Below, one piece after another: positions 1 to 9,362 of a DNA stretch of 64,000 nt. This stretch comes from Subdoligranulum variabile. GTDB lineage: Bacteria; Bacillota; Clostridia; Oscillospirales; Ruminococcaceae. Every line of letters starts with the position of its first letter. The first letter of the stretch is position 1. The DNA lies in contig SFKI01000010.1 of the NCBI GenBank assembly GCA_004554775.1, positions 23,184 through 87,183 on the forward strand, read 5' to 3'. Made by a program: the position numbers and the translations under genes. The notes below the pieces were generated by a model. It did no database searches and had not been told where the DNA came from. It was given only the letters and a program-made list of their open reading frames with translations.

Positions 1-358
1 CGGTCTCGTCGGCCAGATCCGCCATGTGCTCGATCTTGTAGTGCTCCTGGCGTTCTTCCATCAGCTTGACGGCTTCGCCGCGGGGCAGGATGAACGGCTT
101 GATGGGAAGATTCTCTTTGCAGATCTTCTTCATCTCTTTCTCGATGGCGGCGAGGTCGTCGTCTGTCAGCTTGGTATCGCCGAGGTCGACGTCATAGTAG
201 AAGCCGTTCTCGGTGGCGGGGCCAAAGGCAAAGTCCGCCTGCGGATACAGGCGCTTGATGGCCTGGGCCATGATGTGGGCAGCGGTGTGGCGCAGGACGT
301 GCAGCTCCTGGTCCTGCGGGCACTCAGCGACCGTACCGTCTTTGTAGATGATCTTCAT
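1..358 (-). CDS. thrS: Threonyl-tRNA synthetase, N-terminal part (gene continues beyond window start)
   Basis: The reverse-strand translation from ATG at 358 reads MKIIYKDGTVAECPQDQELHVLRHTAAHIMAQAIKRLYPQADFAFGPATENGFYYDVDL..., typical of the ThrRS N-terminal/editing region. It is not in the ORF track because it is unterminated at the window edge. A Thr-type T-box leader lies upstream. Confidence 0.85.
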   Translation of the reverse strand, partial: MKIIYKDGTVAECPQDQELHVLRHTAAHIMAQAIKRLYPQADFAFGPATENGFYYDVDLGDTKLTDDDLAAIEKEMKKICKENLPIKPFILPRGEAVKLMEERQEHYKIEHMADLADET

Positions 359-379
359 AATTGTACGCTCCTTTTGTAA

Positions 380-676
380 ATGCACAAAAATGCAAGAAAA
401 AATGCTCCATCCCTCACATACAAAAGGGATGAAGCATGTAAGCTCCACGGTTCCACCCAGATTGCGCTTAGGCTTATATATAAGTAAGGTAAGCGCCGCT
501 CTCACCGGCTGTAACGGGCCGTCCCCGGCGGAGGTTCGCCCCCGCGCTCGGCAGTGGTAAGGACGCAGCTGCGCACAAAACCGCTTGCACCACGCAGTTT
601 TGCCTGCGGCGGTTCTCTCTCATGTGCCAACACCGCACCCCGTTTGTCTGCCTCATGGCTTTGTCAGGATGAAGAT
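380..676 (-). promoter_or_regulatory. T-box riboswitch leader (Thr specifier) with intrinsic terminator, preceded by a sigma70-like promoter
   Basis: Read on the minus strand. Promoter: TTGACT (711-706), 17 nt spacer, TATAAA (688-683). An AGAGAGA box is present. Candidate specifier is ..TT-ACC-A.. (ACC at 558-556). The T-box motif GGGTGGAACCGTGG lies at about 458-445. The terminator hairpin CATCCCT-N10-AGGGATG (431-408) is followed by a T-run (402-396). Confidence 0.75.
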
Positions 677-847
677 AGTTTATTTATAGCACATGCGAAC
701 CGGGAAGTCAAGGGCTTTTGGAATTTGAACAGAAGGAAAAAGAGGGAAGCTGCTAATGCACAAAAAGCGTCACCCGCCAAACTGCACAAAAAAACATCCC
801 CGCCGGTCAGCCCCCGCCTATAAATCGCCAAAATTTGAATTTATACA

Positions 848-876
848 TTGACTTTACATATTTATGCAACTATACT
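848..876 (+). promoter_or_regulatory. Sigma70-like promoter for the amino-acid ABC transporter operon
   Basis: TTGACT (848-853), 17 nt spacer, TATACT (871-876), about 58 nt upstream of the ATG at 935. Confidence 0.45.
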
Positions 877-934
877 GGATGCATACCAAGTGAGGGCTTG
901 GGAATTTATTGAATAAGATTCGAGGGAATATACC

Positions 935-1792
935 ATGAAAAAACTGACTGCTCTTTTGCTGGGCACCGCCATGGTGCTGAGCCTGGCCGCCTGCGGCGGT
1001 TCCGCTTCCACTGCTTCTTCCGAGGCTGCCTCCTCTGAGGCTGCTTCCAGCGAGGAGACCAGCGAGGCCGCTTCTTCCGAAGCCGCTTCCGAGTCCGCCG
1101 ACGCTGCCGAGCTGACCACCGTTACCGCCGGCAAGCTGACCATGTCCACCAACGCCGCCTTCCCCCCGTATGAGATGACCGCCGACGACGGCAGCTTCGA
1201 GGGCATCGACATTGAGGTCGCTGCCGCCATCGCGGACAAGCTGGGTCTTGAGCTCCAGGTCGACGACATGGACTTCGATGCCGCCCTGCTGGCCGCCCAG
1301 AACGGCAAGAGCGACATGGTCATGGCCGGTGTCACCGTCACCGACGAGCGCCAGAAGGTCATGGACTTCTCTGACACCTACGCCGAGGGCATCCAGTCCG
1401 TCATCGTGCCCGAGGATTCCGACATCGCCTCTGTGGACGACCTGGCCGGCAAGACCATCGGCACCCAGCGCGGCACCACCGGTTACATCTACTGCACCGA
1501 CGACTTCGGTGAGGACAGCGTCGTTGCTTACGACAACGGCCTGACCGCCGTCCAGGCCCTGAACAATGGCCAGGTCGACGCCGTCGTTATCGACAACGCC
1601 CCCGCCAAGGAGTTCGTCGCCGCCAACACCGGCCTGAAGATTTTGGATACCGCTTATGCCCAGGAAGATTACGCCATCGGCGTGGCCAAGGGCAACACCG
1701 CCCTGCTGGACGCCATCAACGGCGCGCTGAAAGAGCTGCAGGCTGACGGCACCTTGCAGAGCATCGTTGACAAATACATCAAGGCAGAGTAA
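935..1792 (+). CDS. Polar amino-acid ABC transporter substrate-binding lipoprotein (family 3 SBP)
   Basis: Lipoprotein signal MKKLTALLLGTAMVLSLAAC. A SEAAS-rich low-complexity linker follows. The SBP_bac_3-like core includes GIDIEVAAAIADKLGLEL, DFSDTY and GNTALLDAINGALKEL. The gene sits next to permease and ATPase genes. Confidence 0.9.
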   Translation: MKKLTALLLGTAMVLSLAACGGSASTASSEAASSEAASSEETSEAASSEAASESADAAELTTVTAGKLTMSTNAAFPPYEMTADDGSFEGIDIEVAAAIADKLGLELQVDDMDFDAALLAAQNGKSDMVMAGVTVTDERQKVMDFSDTYAEGIQSVIVPEDSDIASVDDLAGKTIGTQRGTTGYIYCTDDFGEDSVVAYDNGLTAVQALNNGQVDAVVIDNAPAKEFVAANTGLKILDTAYAQEDYAIGVAKGNTALLDAINGALKELQADGTLQSIVDKYIKAE

Positions 1793-1916
1793 AATCTGAC
1801 GTAGGGGCGTTTGAACGCCTACTGTCCGAAGAAGGGCACGCCGGGCATTCCGGCGCGCCTTTTGTTTGTTCAAGCAAGTTAAATTACCGGCCCGCGCCGG
1901 GAAAGGTTGTGGTGCG

Positions 1917-2684
1917 ATGGAAGCACAGTTCGAACTGCTGTCAGAGATGGCCAAAAACGGCGATGCTCTGAACTTTTGGCAGGATTTCTATGTCAAGTTC
2001 TATCAGGCGTTTTTGCACGCCGACCGCTGGCAGCAATATTTTAAAGGTGTTGGCACCACGCTGCTGGTAACGGCCATCGCGCTGGTGCTGGGCGTTGTGC
2101 TGGGCGCCATCGTGGCCATGATCCGCGTGGGCCATGCGCAGCAAAAGCCCCACCATCGCAACCCCGTGCTCGGCGTGCTGAACGCCGTCTGCAAGGTGTA
2201 TGTCACGGTCATCCGCGGCACGCCCATGATGGTGCAGCTGCTGATCATGAGCATGGTCATCTTCGCCAGCAGCCGCAACTTTACGATGGTCGGCGCACTG
2301 GCGCTGGGCATCAACTCGGGCGCGTACGTGTCCGAGATCATCCGCGGCGGCCTGATGGCGGTCGACCCCGGCCAGATGGAAGCGGGCCGCAGCCTGGGGC
2401 TGAACTATATGACCACGATGTTCGAGATCATCATTCCGCAGGCGATCCGCTCGATCCTGCCGTCCCTGGGCAACGAGTTCATCATGCTGCTGAAAGACTC
2501 GTCCCTCATCACGGTCATTGGCGGCAAGGAGCTGCTGTATGCCGCGCAGGGCATTATGAACCGCACCTACGAAGCCATGTTCCCGCTGCTGGGCGTTGCT
2601 GCCATCTATCTGGTGCTGGTCATGCTGTTCAGCGCGCTGCTGGCAAAATTTGAGAGGAGGCTGGCACAAAGTGATCGACGTTAA
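1917..2684 (+). CDS. Amino-acid ABC transporter permease (His/Glu/Gln/Arg/opine family)
   Basis: A multi-TM protein with the EAA-like loop [28 protein letters not shown]. The start was chosen at the MEAQF ATG, which follows a GGGAAAGG RBS. The track ORF begins at 1866. Confidence 0.85.
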   Translation: MEAQFELLSEMAKNGDALNFWQDFYVKFYQAFLHADRWQQYFKGVGTTLLVTAIALVLGVVLGAIVAMIRVGHAQQKPHHRNPVLGVLNAVCKVYVTVIRGTPMMVQLLIMSMVIFASSRNFTMVGALALGINSGAYVSEIIRGGLMAVDPGQMEAGRSLGLNYMTTMFEIIIPQAIRSILPSLGNEFIMLLKDSSLITVIGGKELLYAAQGIMNRTYEAMFPLLGVAAIYLVLVMLFSALLAKFERRLAQSDRR

Positions 2685-3387
2685 AGGACTGAAGAAAAAT
2701 TACGGCGGTCTGCAGGTGCTGAAGGGCGTGGATCTGACCATCGACAAGGGCGACTGCGTTGTGCTGGTCGGCCCCTCGGGCTGCGGCAAATCGACGTTTC
2801 TGCGCTGCCTGAACCGGCTGGAAGAGCCGGACGGCGGCAAGGTCATCTTCAACGGCAAGGAAGTGACCAACCACGATATTGACCATGTCCGCCAGAAAAT
2901 GGGCATGGTGTTCCAGCATTTCAACCTGTTCCCGCACCTGACGGTGAGAAAGAACATCACGCTGGCCCCGGTGCGCCTGGGCCTGATGAAGCAGCCCGAG
3001 GCCGACGCCAAGGCGATGGAGCTGCTGGAACGCATCGGCCTGGCCGACAAGGCTGATACCTACCCGAACATGCTTTCCGGCGGCCAGAAGCAGCGCATTG
3101 CCATCGTGCGTGCGCTGGCGATGAACCCCGACGTGCTGCTGTTTGACGAGCCGACCTCGGCCCTTGACCCCGAGATGGTCGGCGAAGTGCTGGAGCTGAT
3201 GAAAGAGCTGGCCCGCAGCGGCATGACGATGGTCTGCGTGACCCACGAGATGGGCTTTGCCCGCGAGGTGGCGAGCCGCGTCATCTTCATTGACGAGGGC
3301 GTCGTGAAGGTGGATAAACCGCCGAAGGAGTTTTTCGCCAACCCCGAAAACGAGCGCCTGAAGGCGTTTTTGTCGAAGGTGCTGTAA
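2671..3387 (+). CDS. Amino-acid ABC transporter ATP-binding protein
   Basis: GTG start after an AGGAGG RBS. Walker A is GPSGCGKST, the signature is LSGGQKQR and Walker B is [11 protein letters not shown]. The gene overlaps the permease stop. Confidence 0.92.
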   Translation: MIDVKGLKKNYGGLQVLKGVDLTIDKGDCVVLVGPSGCGKSTFLRCLNRLEEPDGGKVIFNGKEVTNHDIDHVRQKMGMVFQHFNLFPHLTVRKNITLAPVRLGLMKQPEADAKAMELLERIGLADKADTYPNMLSGGQKQRIAIVRALAMNPDVLLFDEPTSALDPEMVGEVLELMKELARSGMTMVCVTHEMGFAREVASRVIFIDEGVVKVDKPPKEFFANPENERLKAFLSKVL

Positions 3388-3414
3388 GCTTTATAAGTTT
3401 TATTGGATAAGCAA

Positions 3415-3448
3415 AGAGGAACCGCCGCGGCGGTTCCTCTTTTGTTTT
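3415..3448. terminator. Bidirectional intrinsic terminator between convergent genes
   Basis: Perfect hairpin AGAGGAACCGCCGCGGCGGTTCCTCT (3415-3440) followed by TTTGTTTT. It lies between the ABC ATPase stop (3387) and the minus-strand gene stop (3454). Confidence 0.8.
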
Positions 3449-3453
3449 GGCTT

Positions 3454-3966
3454 TTACCGGGATGCGGCGTGGAGCCGGGCGAGGGCGCGGTATTCCTCGG
3501 CATTGGCGGCGATGGACGCGGTCTGCTCGGGCGTGACGGGGCGCAGAACTTTGCCGGGTACGCCGACGACCAGACTGTTTGGCGGGATGACGGCCCCCTC
3601 GGTCACAAGCGCCCCGGCCGCGATCAGGCTGCCCGCGCCGACGACTGCGCCGTTTAAAATGGTGGCGTGCATCCCGATGAGGCAGCTATCACCCACCGTG
3701 CAGCCATGCACGACGGCGCTGTGCCCGATGGAAACATTGCGGCCTATCGTTACATCCAGCCCCGGGCCGGTGTGCAGCACGGCGTTGTCCTGCACATTGC
3801 TGCCCGCCCCGACGGTAATGCTGCCGGTATCCGCGCGCAGCACCGCGCTATACCAGACGCTGGTATTTTCAGCAAGCGTTACGCCGCCTGTCAGGGTGGC
3901 GGTGTCAGCGATAAACGCTGTGCTTGCCGCTTTCGGGGTATGATCGGCGATGGTATGAATGGGCAT
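3454..3966 (-). CDS. Gamma-class carbonic anhydrase family / left-handed beta-helix (hexapeptide repeat) protein
   Basis: MPIHTIADHTPKAASTAFIADTATLTGGVTLAENTSVWYSAVLRADTGSITVGAGSNVQDNAVLH... shows hexapeptide repeats like YrdA/PaaY. The start was taken at the internal MPIHT. Confidence 0.85.
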   Translation of the reverse strand: MPIHTIADHTPKAASTAFIADTATLTGGVTLAENTSVWYSAVLRADTGSITVGAGSNVQDNAVLHTGPGLDVTIGRNVSIGHSAVVHGCTVGDSCLIGMHATILNGAVVGAGSLIAAGALVTEGAVIPPNSLVVGVPGKVLRPVTPEQTASIAANAEEYRALARLHAASR

Positions 3967-4123
3967 TGGTATCTCTCCTTTGTGCTTCGCTCTGACCGGT
4001 TGTCCCCGCAGGGACGGCGGCAAGCGAAAACCATACCCTTATCATACACCTATCCCCCAAAAATTGCAAAACCAGGCCCCCTATGCTACAATAATAAAAA
4101 ACCAACCAAGGAGCCCCTTTATT

Positions 4124-4894
4124 ATGTCCATCAAAATGATATGCAGCGACATCGACGGCACGCTGCTGCAATACGGCAAAAAGACGCTGGAAGAGGAAAT
4201 TTTCGGCCAAATCAAAGCGCTCTCTGCCCGGGGCATTGTGTTCTGCCCGGCATCGGGGCGGCAGTATACCAGCCTGCGCAAGCTGTTCGCGCCGGTGGCG
4301 GACTGCTGCGCCTTTCTGTGTGAAAACGGCGGTGTGCTGTACAAAAACGAACAGTGCATCGGCAAAACACCGATGCCGCGCGCCCTGGCAGAAGAGATCG
4401 CCTGGGACATGTGGCACCGCAGCGACGGCCAGGGCGAGGTCATGCTCTCGGGCCAGTGCTGCGCCTATTTGATGGAACGCGGCCTTGGCATGCTCGACCG
4501 CATAAAATTCATCGGCAACAAGTACAAAATCATCCGCGACCCCGCCGAGGTGCCTGAGGACATCGTCAAGGTCAGCGTCTATCTGCACGAGGGCGTGGAG
4601 AAGTACACCGACCGCTTTGTCCCGCGCTGGCAGCAGGCCAATGCCGCCGTGGCCGGGCCGTTCTGGATCGACACCACCTTTGCCAACAAGGGCACCGGCG
4701 TGGCGCTGCTTTGCCGGACGCTGGGCATCACGCCCGCCGAGGTGATGGCCTTCGGAGATAACTTCAACGATACCGCCATGCTTGACCTCGTCGGCACGCC
4801 CTACATCATGGACAGCGCCGCAGCGCCCCTGCGCGCACGCTACCCGCTGCACACACCCCGGCCCGAGGACGTGCTGCGCAGCCTCCTGGCCTGA
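4124..4894 (+). CDS. Cof-type HAD-IIB family hydrolase
   Basis: MSIKMICSDIDGTLL carries the DxDGT motif I. Also present are ASGRQY and the C-terminal GDNFNDTAML motif. The ATG at 4124 follows an AAGGAG RBS. Confidence 0.88.
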   Translation: MSIKMICSDIDGTLLQYGKKTLEEEIFGQIKALSARGIVFCPASGRQYTSLRKLFAPVADCCAFLCENGGVLYKNEQCIGKTPMPRALAEEIAWDMWHRSDGQGEVMLSGQCCAYLMERGLGMLDRIKFIGNKYKIIRDPAEVPEDIVKVSVYLHEGVEKYTDRFVPRWQQANAAVAGPFWIDTTFANKGTGVALLCRTLGITPAEVMAFGDNFNDTAMLDLVGTPYIMDSAAAPLRARYPLHTPRPEDVLRSLLA

Positions 4895-5019
4895 CCCGCC
4901 GCCCCGCAGCAGCCGCACCTGTTGCCCATGTTGCACCCGCATGGAGAATCCGCCCGCCCAAACGATATGGATTTGTCATGTTTTACCAAAATGTATGACC
5001 ATATTTGCCCTGTTTTCTG

Positions 5020-5048
5020 TTGACGCTTTGCGCAGAGTGTGTTATTAT
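5020..5048 (+). promoter_or_regulatory. Sigma70-like promoter for ptsH-ptsI
   Basis: TTGACG (5020-5025), 17 nt spacer, TATTAT (5043-5048). The leader contains the hairpin CCCCGCA-AGGC-TGCGGGG (about 5070-5087). Confidence 0.45.
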
Positions 5049-5107
5049 TATAACGACTTAAAAGTATGGCCCCGCAAGGCTGCGGGGGTATCAGGAGGAT
5101 TACTGAA

Positions 5108-5368
5108 ATGAAAGAGTTCACCTATACGATCAAAGAGCCCGTTGGCATCCACGCACGTCCCGCCGGTATGCTGGCCAAAGAGGCCAAGAGCTGCCAGAGC
5201 ACCGTTACCATCGTTGACAAAAACGGCAAGGCCGTTGACGCTACCCGCCTGATGGCCCTGATGGGCATGGGCATCAAGTGCGGCGATACCGTTACCGTCC
5301 GCATCGAGGGCGCCGATGAGGACACCGCTGCCCCCGCTATGGAGAAGTTCTTCGCAGAGCACCTGTAA
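5108..5368 (+). CDS. ptsH: Phosphocarrier protein HPr
   Basis: MKEFTYTIKEPVGIHARPAGMLAKEAK... carries the His15 motif GIHARPA. It is 86 aa and lies directly upstream of Enzyme I. Confidence 0.92.
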   Translation: MKEFTYTIKEPVGIHARPAGMLAKEAKSCQSTVTIVDKNGKAVDATRLMALMGMGIKCGDTVTVRIEGADEDTAAPAMEKFFAEHL

Positions 5369-5453
5369 TTCGTCCAACGCTGAACCGGCCGCGGCCGCCC
5401 CAGACACACGGCGGCCGCGGCTTTTTCGCATCTTACAAGGAGGATTTTGCACG

Positions 5454-7133
5454 ATGATCACCATTCAGGGCAAGGGCGTTTCCGCCGGTGTGGGCGTGGG
5501 CCCGCTGTATTACTACCGCCGCGCTACCACTGAAATCAAACGCTATACCGTAGAAGATACCGGCGCCGAGTGGCACCGCTTCAAGGGCGCGCAGACCGGC
5601 GCGGTCGAGCAGCTTGGCCAGCTGGCTGAGCAGGCCCGCGCTGAGGCCGGCGACGAAGCCGCCATGCTGTTTGAGACCCACCAGATGATGGCCGAGGATC
5701 TCGACTACGAGGAAGCCATCGAGGACCGCATCACCAACCAGAAGATGAACGCCGAAGCCGCCGTGGCCGACACCGCCGAGCAGTTTGCCGAGATGTTCGC
5801 CGCGATGGACGACAGCTACATGCAGGCCCGCGCCGCCGACGTCAAGGACGTCAGCCAGCGCATCCTCAGCATCCTGTGCGGCGTCGTGCAGGGCGGCATT
5901 GCGTCCGACGTGCCGGTGCTGCTGGCCGCCGACGACCTTGCCCCGTCCGAGACCATCCAGCTTGATAAGACCAAGATCCTGGGCTTCATCACGGCGGGCG
6001 GTTCCGGCTCCAGCCACACGGCCATCCTGGCCCGTACCATGGGCATCCCCGCCATTGTCGGCGTGGGCGACGCCCTCAAACCCGAGTATGAGGGCCGCCA
6101 GGCCATCGCAGACGGCAGCACCGGTGCGCTGGTCGTTGACCCCGACGACGACACCCGCGCCCGCCTGCTGAAAAAGCGCGAGGAGCAGCAGCGCCTGCAG
6201 CGCCTGCTGGAAACGCTGAAAGGCCAGACCAACGTGACCAAGGACGGCAAGACCATCCGCATCTACTGCAACATCGGCTCGCCCGAGGATGTACACGCCG
6301 TGCAGGTCAACGACGGCGGCGGCATCGGGCTGTTCCGCAGCGAGTTCTTGTATCTGAACTCCAGCACCTTCCCCACAGAGGACGAGCAGTACGCGGCCTA
6401 CAAGCAGGTCCTGTCCGACATGGACGGCAAGGAGGTCATCATCCGCACGCTGGACATCGGCGCGGACAAGCAGATCGGCTACTTTGACCTGCCCAAAGAG
6501 GACAACCCCGCCATGGGCATGCGCGCGCTGCGCCTCTGCCTGACCCGGCCGGAGATCTTCCGCACCCAGCTGCGCGCGCTGTTCCGTGCGTCCGCCTACG
6601 GCAAGCTGGGCATCATGTTCCCGATGGTGACGAGCGTTTGGGAAGTGCGCGAGGCCAAAAAGCTCTGCGAGGAGGTCAAGCGCGACCTTAAGCACGAGGG
6701 CATCCCCTACAGCGAGGATGTGCAGATCGGCATTATGATCGAGACCCCCGCCGCCGCCGTGAACAGCGACCGCCTGGCGAAGGAGGTCGACTTCTTCAGC
6801 ATCGGCACCAACGACCTGACCCAGTACACCCTGGCCTGCGACCGCCAGAACAACGACCTGGGCCGCTTCTACGACCCGCACCACCCCGCCGTGCTGCGCC
6901 TGATCAAGCTGGTCGTGGACAACGCCCACAAGAACGGCATCTGGGCGGGTATCTGCGGTGAGCTGGGTGCCGACCTGGCCCTGACCGAGACCTTCCTGGC
7001 CATGGGTCTGGACGAGCTCTCCGTCACCCCGCGCGCCGTGCTGCCCCTGCGCAACGCCGTCCGCATGACCGATACCCGCGAAAGCGCCGAACGCCTGCTT
7101 GCCGAGCTGGACGCAGACTACACCGCGCGGTAA
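5454..7133 (+). CDS. ptsI: Phosphoenolpyruvate-protein phosphotransferase (PTS Enzyme I)
   Basis: MITIQGKGVSAGVGVGPLYYY..., then GFITAGGSGSSHTAILARTMGIPAIVG (active-site His), then the C-terminal PEP-utilising domain with IGTNDLTQY. The ATG at 5454 follows an AAGGAGG RBS. Confidence 0.95.
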   Translation: MITIQGKGVSAGVGVGPLYYYRRATTEIKRYTVEDTGAEWHRFKGAQTGAVEQLGQLAEQARAEAGDEAAMLFETHQMMAEDLDYEEAIEDRITNQKMNAEAAVADTAEQFAEMFAAMDDSYMQARAADVKDVSQRILSILCGVVQGGIASDVPVLLAADDLAPSETIQLDKTKILGFITAGGSGSSHTAILARTMGIPAIVGVGDALKPEYEGRQAIADGSTGALVVDPDDDTRARLLKKREEQQRLQRLLETLKGQTNVTKDGKTIRIYCNIGSPEDVHAVQVNDGGGIGLFRSEFLYLNSSTFPTEDEQYAAYKQVLSDMDGKEVIIRTLDIGADKQIGYFDLPKEDNPAMGMRALRLCLTRPEIFRTQLRALFRASAYGKLGIMFPMVTSVWEVREAKKLCEEVKRDLKHEGIPYSEDVQIGIMIETPAAAVNSDRLAKEVDFFSIGTNDLTQYTLACDRQNNDLGRFYDPHHPAVLRLIKLVVDNAHKNGIWAGICGELGADLALTETFLAMGLDELSVTPRAVLPLRNAVRMTDTRESAERLLAELDADYTAR

Positions 7134-7157
7134 AGCTTACATTTTAACAGCACCCCC

Positions 7158-7189
7158 GGCCCTGCCCACCATGCGGCAGGGCCTTTTTT
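7158..7189 (+). terminator. Intrinsic terminator after ptsI (T-type hairpin, loop variant CACCATGC)
   Basis: GGCCCTGCC-CACCATGC-GGCAGGGCC followed by TTTTTT. Confidence 0.8.
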
Positions 7190-7269
7190 GATGGGATACC
7201 GCCGCCAGCCGCACAACCGCAGCCGATCCAAGCGTAACTGTTAAAATCCGACAATTTCCCTAAAATCAC

Positions 7270-7297
7270 TTGCGCGCGGGGCGAAAGCGTGTATAAT
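7270..7297 (+). promoter_or_regulatory. Sigma70-like extended -10 promoter upstream of transketolase genes
   Basis: TTGCGC (7270-7275), 16 nt spacer ending in TG, TATAAT (7292-7297). This leaves a leader of about 150 nt before the ATG at 7454. Confidence 0.4.
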
Positions 7298-7453
7298 ATA
7301 AAGTAGTGAATTATGTTGCGGTATCCTACCCCCGCCAGCGGTACTTTCCCTTGCGCCCATGCGGTGCCCCTTGTTAAAAAGGTACATAATGGAAGTGCGT
7401 GCCCCGGGGCCCTGCCGCCACAAAACCCAGTGAGGGACCGGAGGAACTTGATT

Positions 7454-8323
7454 ATGACAAAAATGGAAACGTTGCAGTTGAAGCTGACTGCGACCCGTGT
7501 GCGGATGGGCGTCATCGAAGGCACCCACGGCGCAGGCTGCGGCCATCCGGGCGGCAGCCTGTCCTGCGCGGACGTGATGACCTACCTGTATTTCCGTGAG
7601 ATGCGTGTCGACCCCGAACAGCCCCAGGACCCCGCGCGTGACCGTTTCGTGCTCAGCAAGGGCCACTGCGCCCCCGCGCTGTACGCGACCCTGGCCGAGC
7701 GCGGCTTCTTCCCCGTGGCTGACCTGCCCACGCTGCGCCACTCCAACAGCTATCTGCAGGGCCACCCCAACATGAACACCGTCCCCGGTGTGGATATGAG
7801 CACCGGCTCTCTGGGCCAGGGTGTCAGCGCTGCGTGCGGCATGGCACTGGGCGCTAAGCAGCAGGGCAGCGATATCAACGTTTACACCCTGCTGGGCGAC
7901 GGCGAGATCGAAGAGGGCGAGTGCTGGGAAGCGTTCATGTTCGCCAACCACTACAAGCTGGATAACCTGTGCATCATGATCGACGTCAACGGCTTGCAGA
8001 TCGACGGCGCTACCCGCAACGTCATGAACTCCGAGCCGCTCGACAAGAAAATGGATGCCTTCGGCTTCAACACCATCGTCTGCAACGGCAACAGCTTTGC
8101 CGAGCTGGAGCAGGCGTTCAAGATGTTCGACCTGAGCCACGGCAGCGGCAAGCCCACCTGCTTCCTGCTGCGCACCACCAAGGGCCTGGGTGTCAGCTAC
8201 ATGCAGAACGCCGTCGAATGGCACGGCAAGGCCCCCAACGACGAAGAGTATGCACAGGCCATGGACGAGCTGCGCGCCGCCCATGAATCGCTGGAAAAGG
8301 AGATCGAGCTGAACAATGGCTGA
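7454..8323 (+). CDS. Transketolase, N-terminal (TPP-binding) subunit
   Basis: GHPGGSLSCADVMTYLYF, SKGHCAPALYA and GSLGQGVSAACGMA match the split-transketolase N subunit. Confidence 0.93.
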   Translation: MTKMETLQLKLTATRVRMGVIEGTHGAGCGHPGGSLSCADVMTYLYFREMRVDPEQPQDPARDRFVLSKGHCAPALYATLAERGFFPVADLPTLRHSNSYLQGHPNMNTVPGVDMSTGSLGQGVSAACGMALGAKQQGSDINVYTLLGDGEIEEGECWEAFMFANHYKLDNLCIMIDVNGLQIDGATRNVMNSEPLDKKMDAFGFNTIVCNGNSFAELEQAFKMFDLSHGSGKPTCFLLRTTKGLGVSYMQNAVEWHGKAPNDEEYAQAMDELRAAHESLEKEIELNNG

Positions 8324-9281
8324 GATGAAAAAAATTGCCACCCGCGTAAGCTACGGCAACACGCTGGTGGAGCTTGCCCGCCAGGGCGCTGATGATCTGG
8401 TCGTGTTCGATGCCGACCTGGCCGCCGCCACCAAGACCGAGATTTTCCGCAAGGAGTACCCGGACCGCCACTTTGACTGCGGCATTGCCGAGCAGAACAT
8501 GGTCGGCGTCGCCGCCGGTATGTCCACGATGGGCTATGTGCCGTTCGTATCCAGCTTTGCGATGTTTGCCGCAGGCCGCGCGTTTGAGCAGATCCGCAAC
8601 TCCATCGGCTACCCGCACCTGAATGTCAAGATCGCCGCCACCCACGCCGGTCTGTCGGTTGGCGAGGACGGCGCGTCCCACCAGTGCTGCGAGGATATCG
8701 CCCTCATGCGGTCCATCCCCGGCATGGTCATCCTGAGCCCGTCCGACGATGTCGAGGCCCGCGGTGCGGTCATTGCTGCATACAACTACAACGGCCCCGT
8801 TTACCTGCGCTTCAGCCGCCTGTCTACGCCGGTTTATCACGATCCTGCGACGTATCAGTTCCAGATCGGCAAGGGCGAGCGCCTGACCGAAGGCTATGAC
8901 ATTGCCGTCATCGCTACCGGCCTGATGGTGCCCGAAGCGCTGCGTGCCGCCGTGCTGGCCAAGCGCCAGGGCATCTCGATCCGCGTGATCAACATGCCGA
9001 CCATCAAGCCCATCGACGAGGAGATCATCCTCACCGCCGCGCGCGAGTGCCGCCGCATCATCACCGTCGAGGAGCACAGCATCATCGGCGGTCTGGGCGA
9101 GGCTGTCTGCTCGGTCGTCAGCGAGAAGATGCCCGTTCCCGTGCGCCGCATCGGTGTCATGGATCAGTTTGGTCACTCCGGCCCTGCGGCCGAAGTTCTG
9201 CGCGACTACGGCCTGACCGCCGAGAACATCGTCGCCGCTGTCCGCGAAATGGTCCGCCCGGATCGGCCCGCGGAAGAATAA
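8316..9281 (+). CDS. Transketolase, C-terminal (pyrimidine-binding) subunit
   Basis: GIAEQNMVGVAAGMS and GEDGASHQCCEDIALMRSIPGM are present. The gene overlaps the N-subunit gene by 8 nt. A hairpin terminator lies at about 9322-9360. Confidence 0.93.
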   Translation: MAEMKKIATRVSYGNTLVELARQGADDLVVFDADLAAATKTEIFRKEYPDRHFDCGIAEQNMVGVAAGMSTMGYVPFVSSFAMFAAGRAFEQIRNSIGYPHLNVKIAATHAGLSVGEDGASHQCCEDIALMRSIPGMVILSPSDDVEARGAVIAAYNYNGPVYLRFSRLSTPVYHDPATYQFQIGKGERLTEGYDIAVIATGLMVPEALRAAVLAKRQGISIRVINMPTIKPIDEEIILTAARECRRIITVEEHSIIGGLGEAVCSVVSEKMPVPVRRIGVMDQFGHSGPAAEVLRDYGLTAENIVAAVREMVRPDRPAEE

Positions 9282-9362
9282 ACCTCTACCTAAGTTCCTC
9301 TATCACAATTGAATCCACCACTGCCGCTGTCGGGTCCCTCCATCGCCCGACGGCGGCTTTTG

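Noticed and set aside
1801-1866. A GTAG-containing hairpin (GTAGGGGCGTTTGAACGCCTAC) and a GC hairpin between the ABC substrate-binding and permease genes, as a further REP copy or an operon-internal terminator.
   Set aside because: The hairpin stem differs from both REP classes and occurs only once. It may be a simple attenuator that boosts binding-protein stoichiometry. The evidence is insufficient to assign it to the repeat family.
7298-7453. A TPP riboswitch upstream of transketolase, a TPP-dependent enzyme.
   Set aside because: The conserved CUGAGA and ACCUGAUCUGGAUAAUGCCAGCG-type cores are not present in either orientation.
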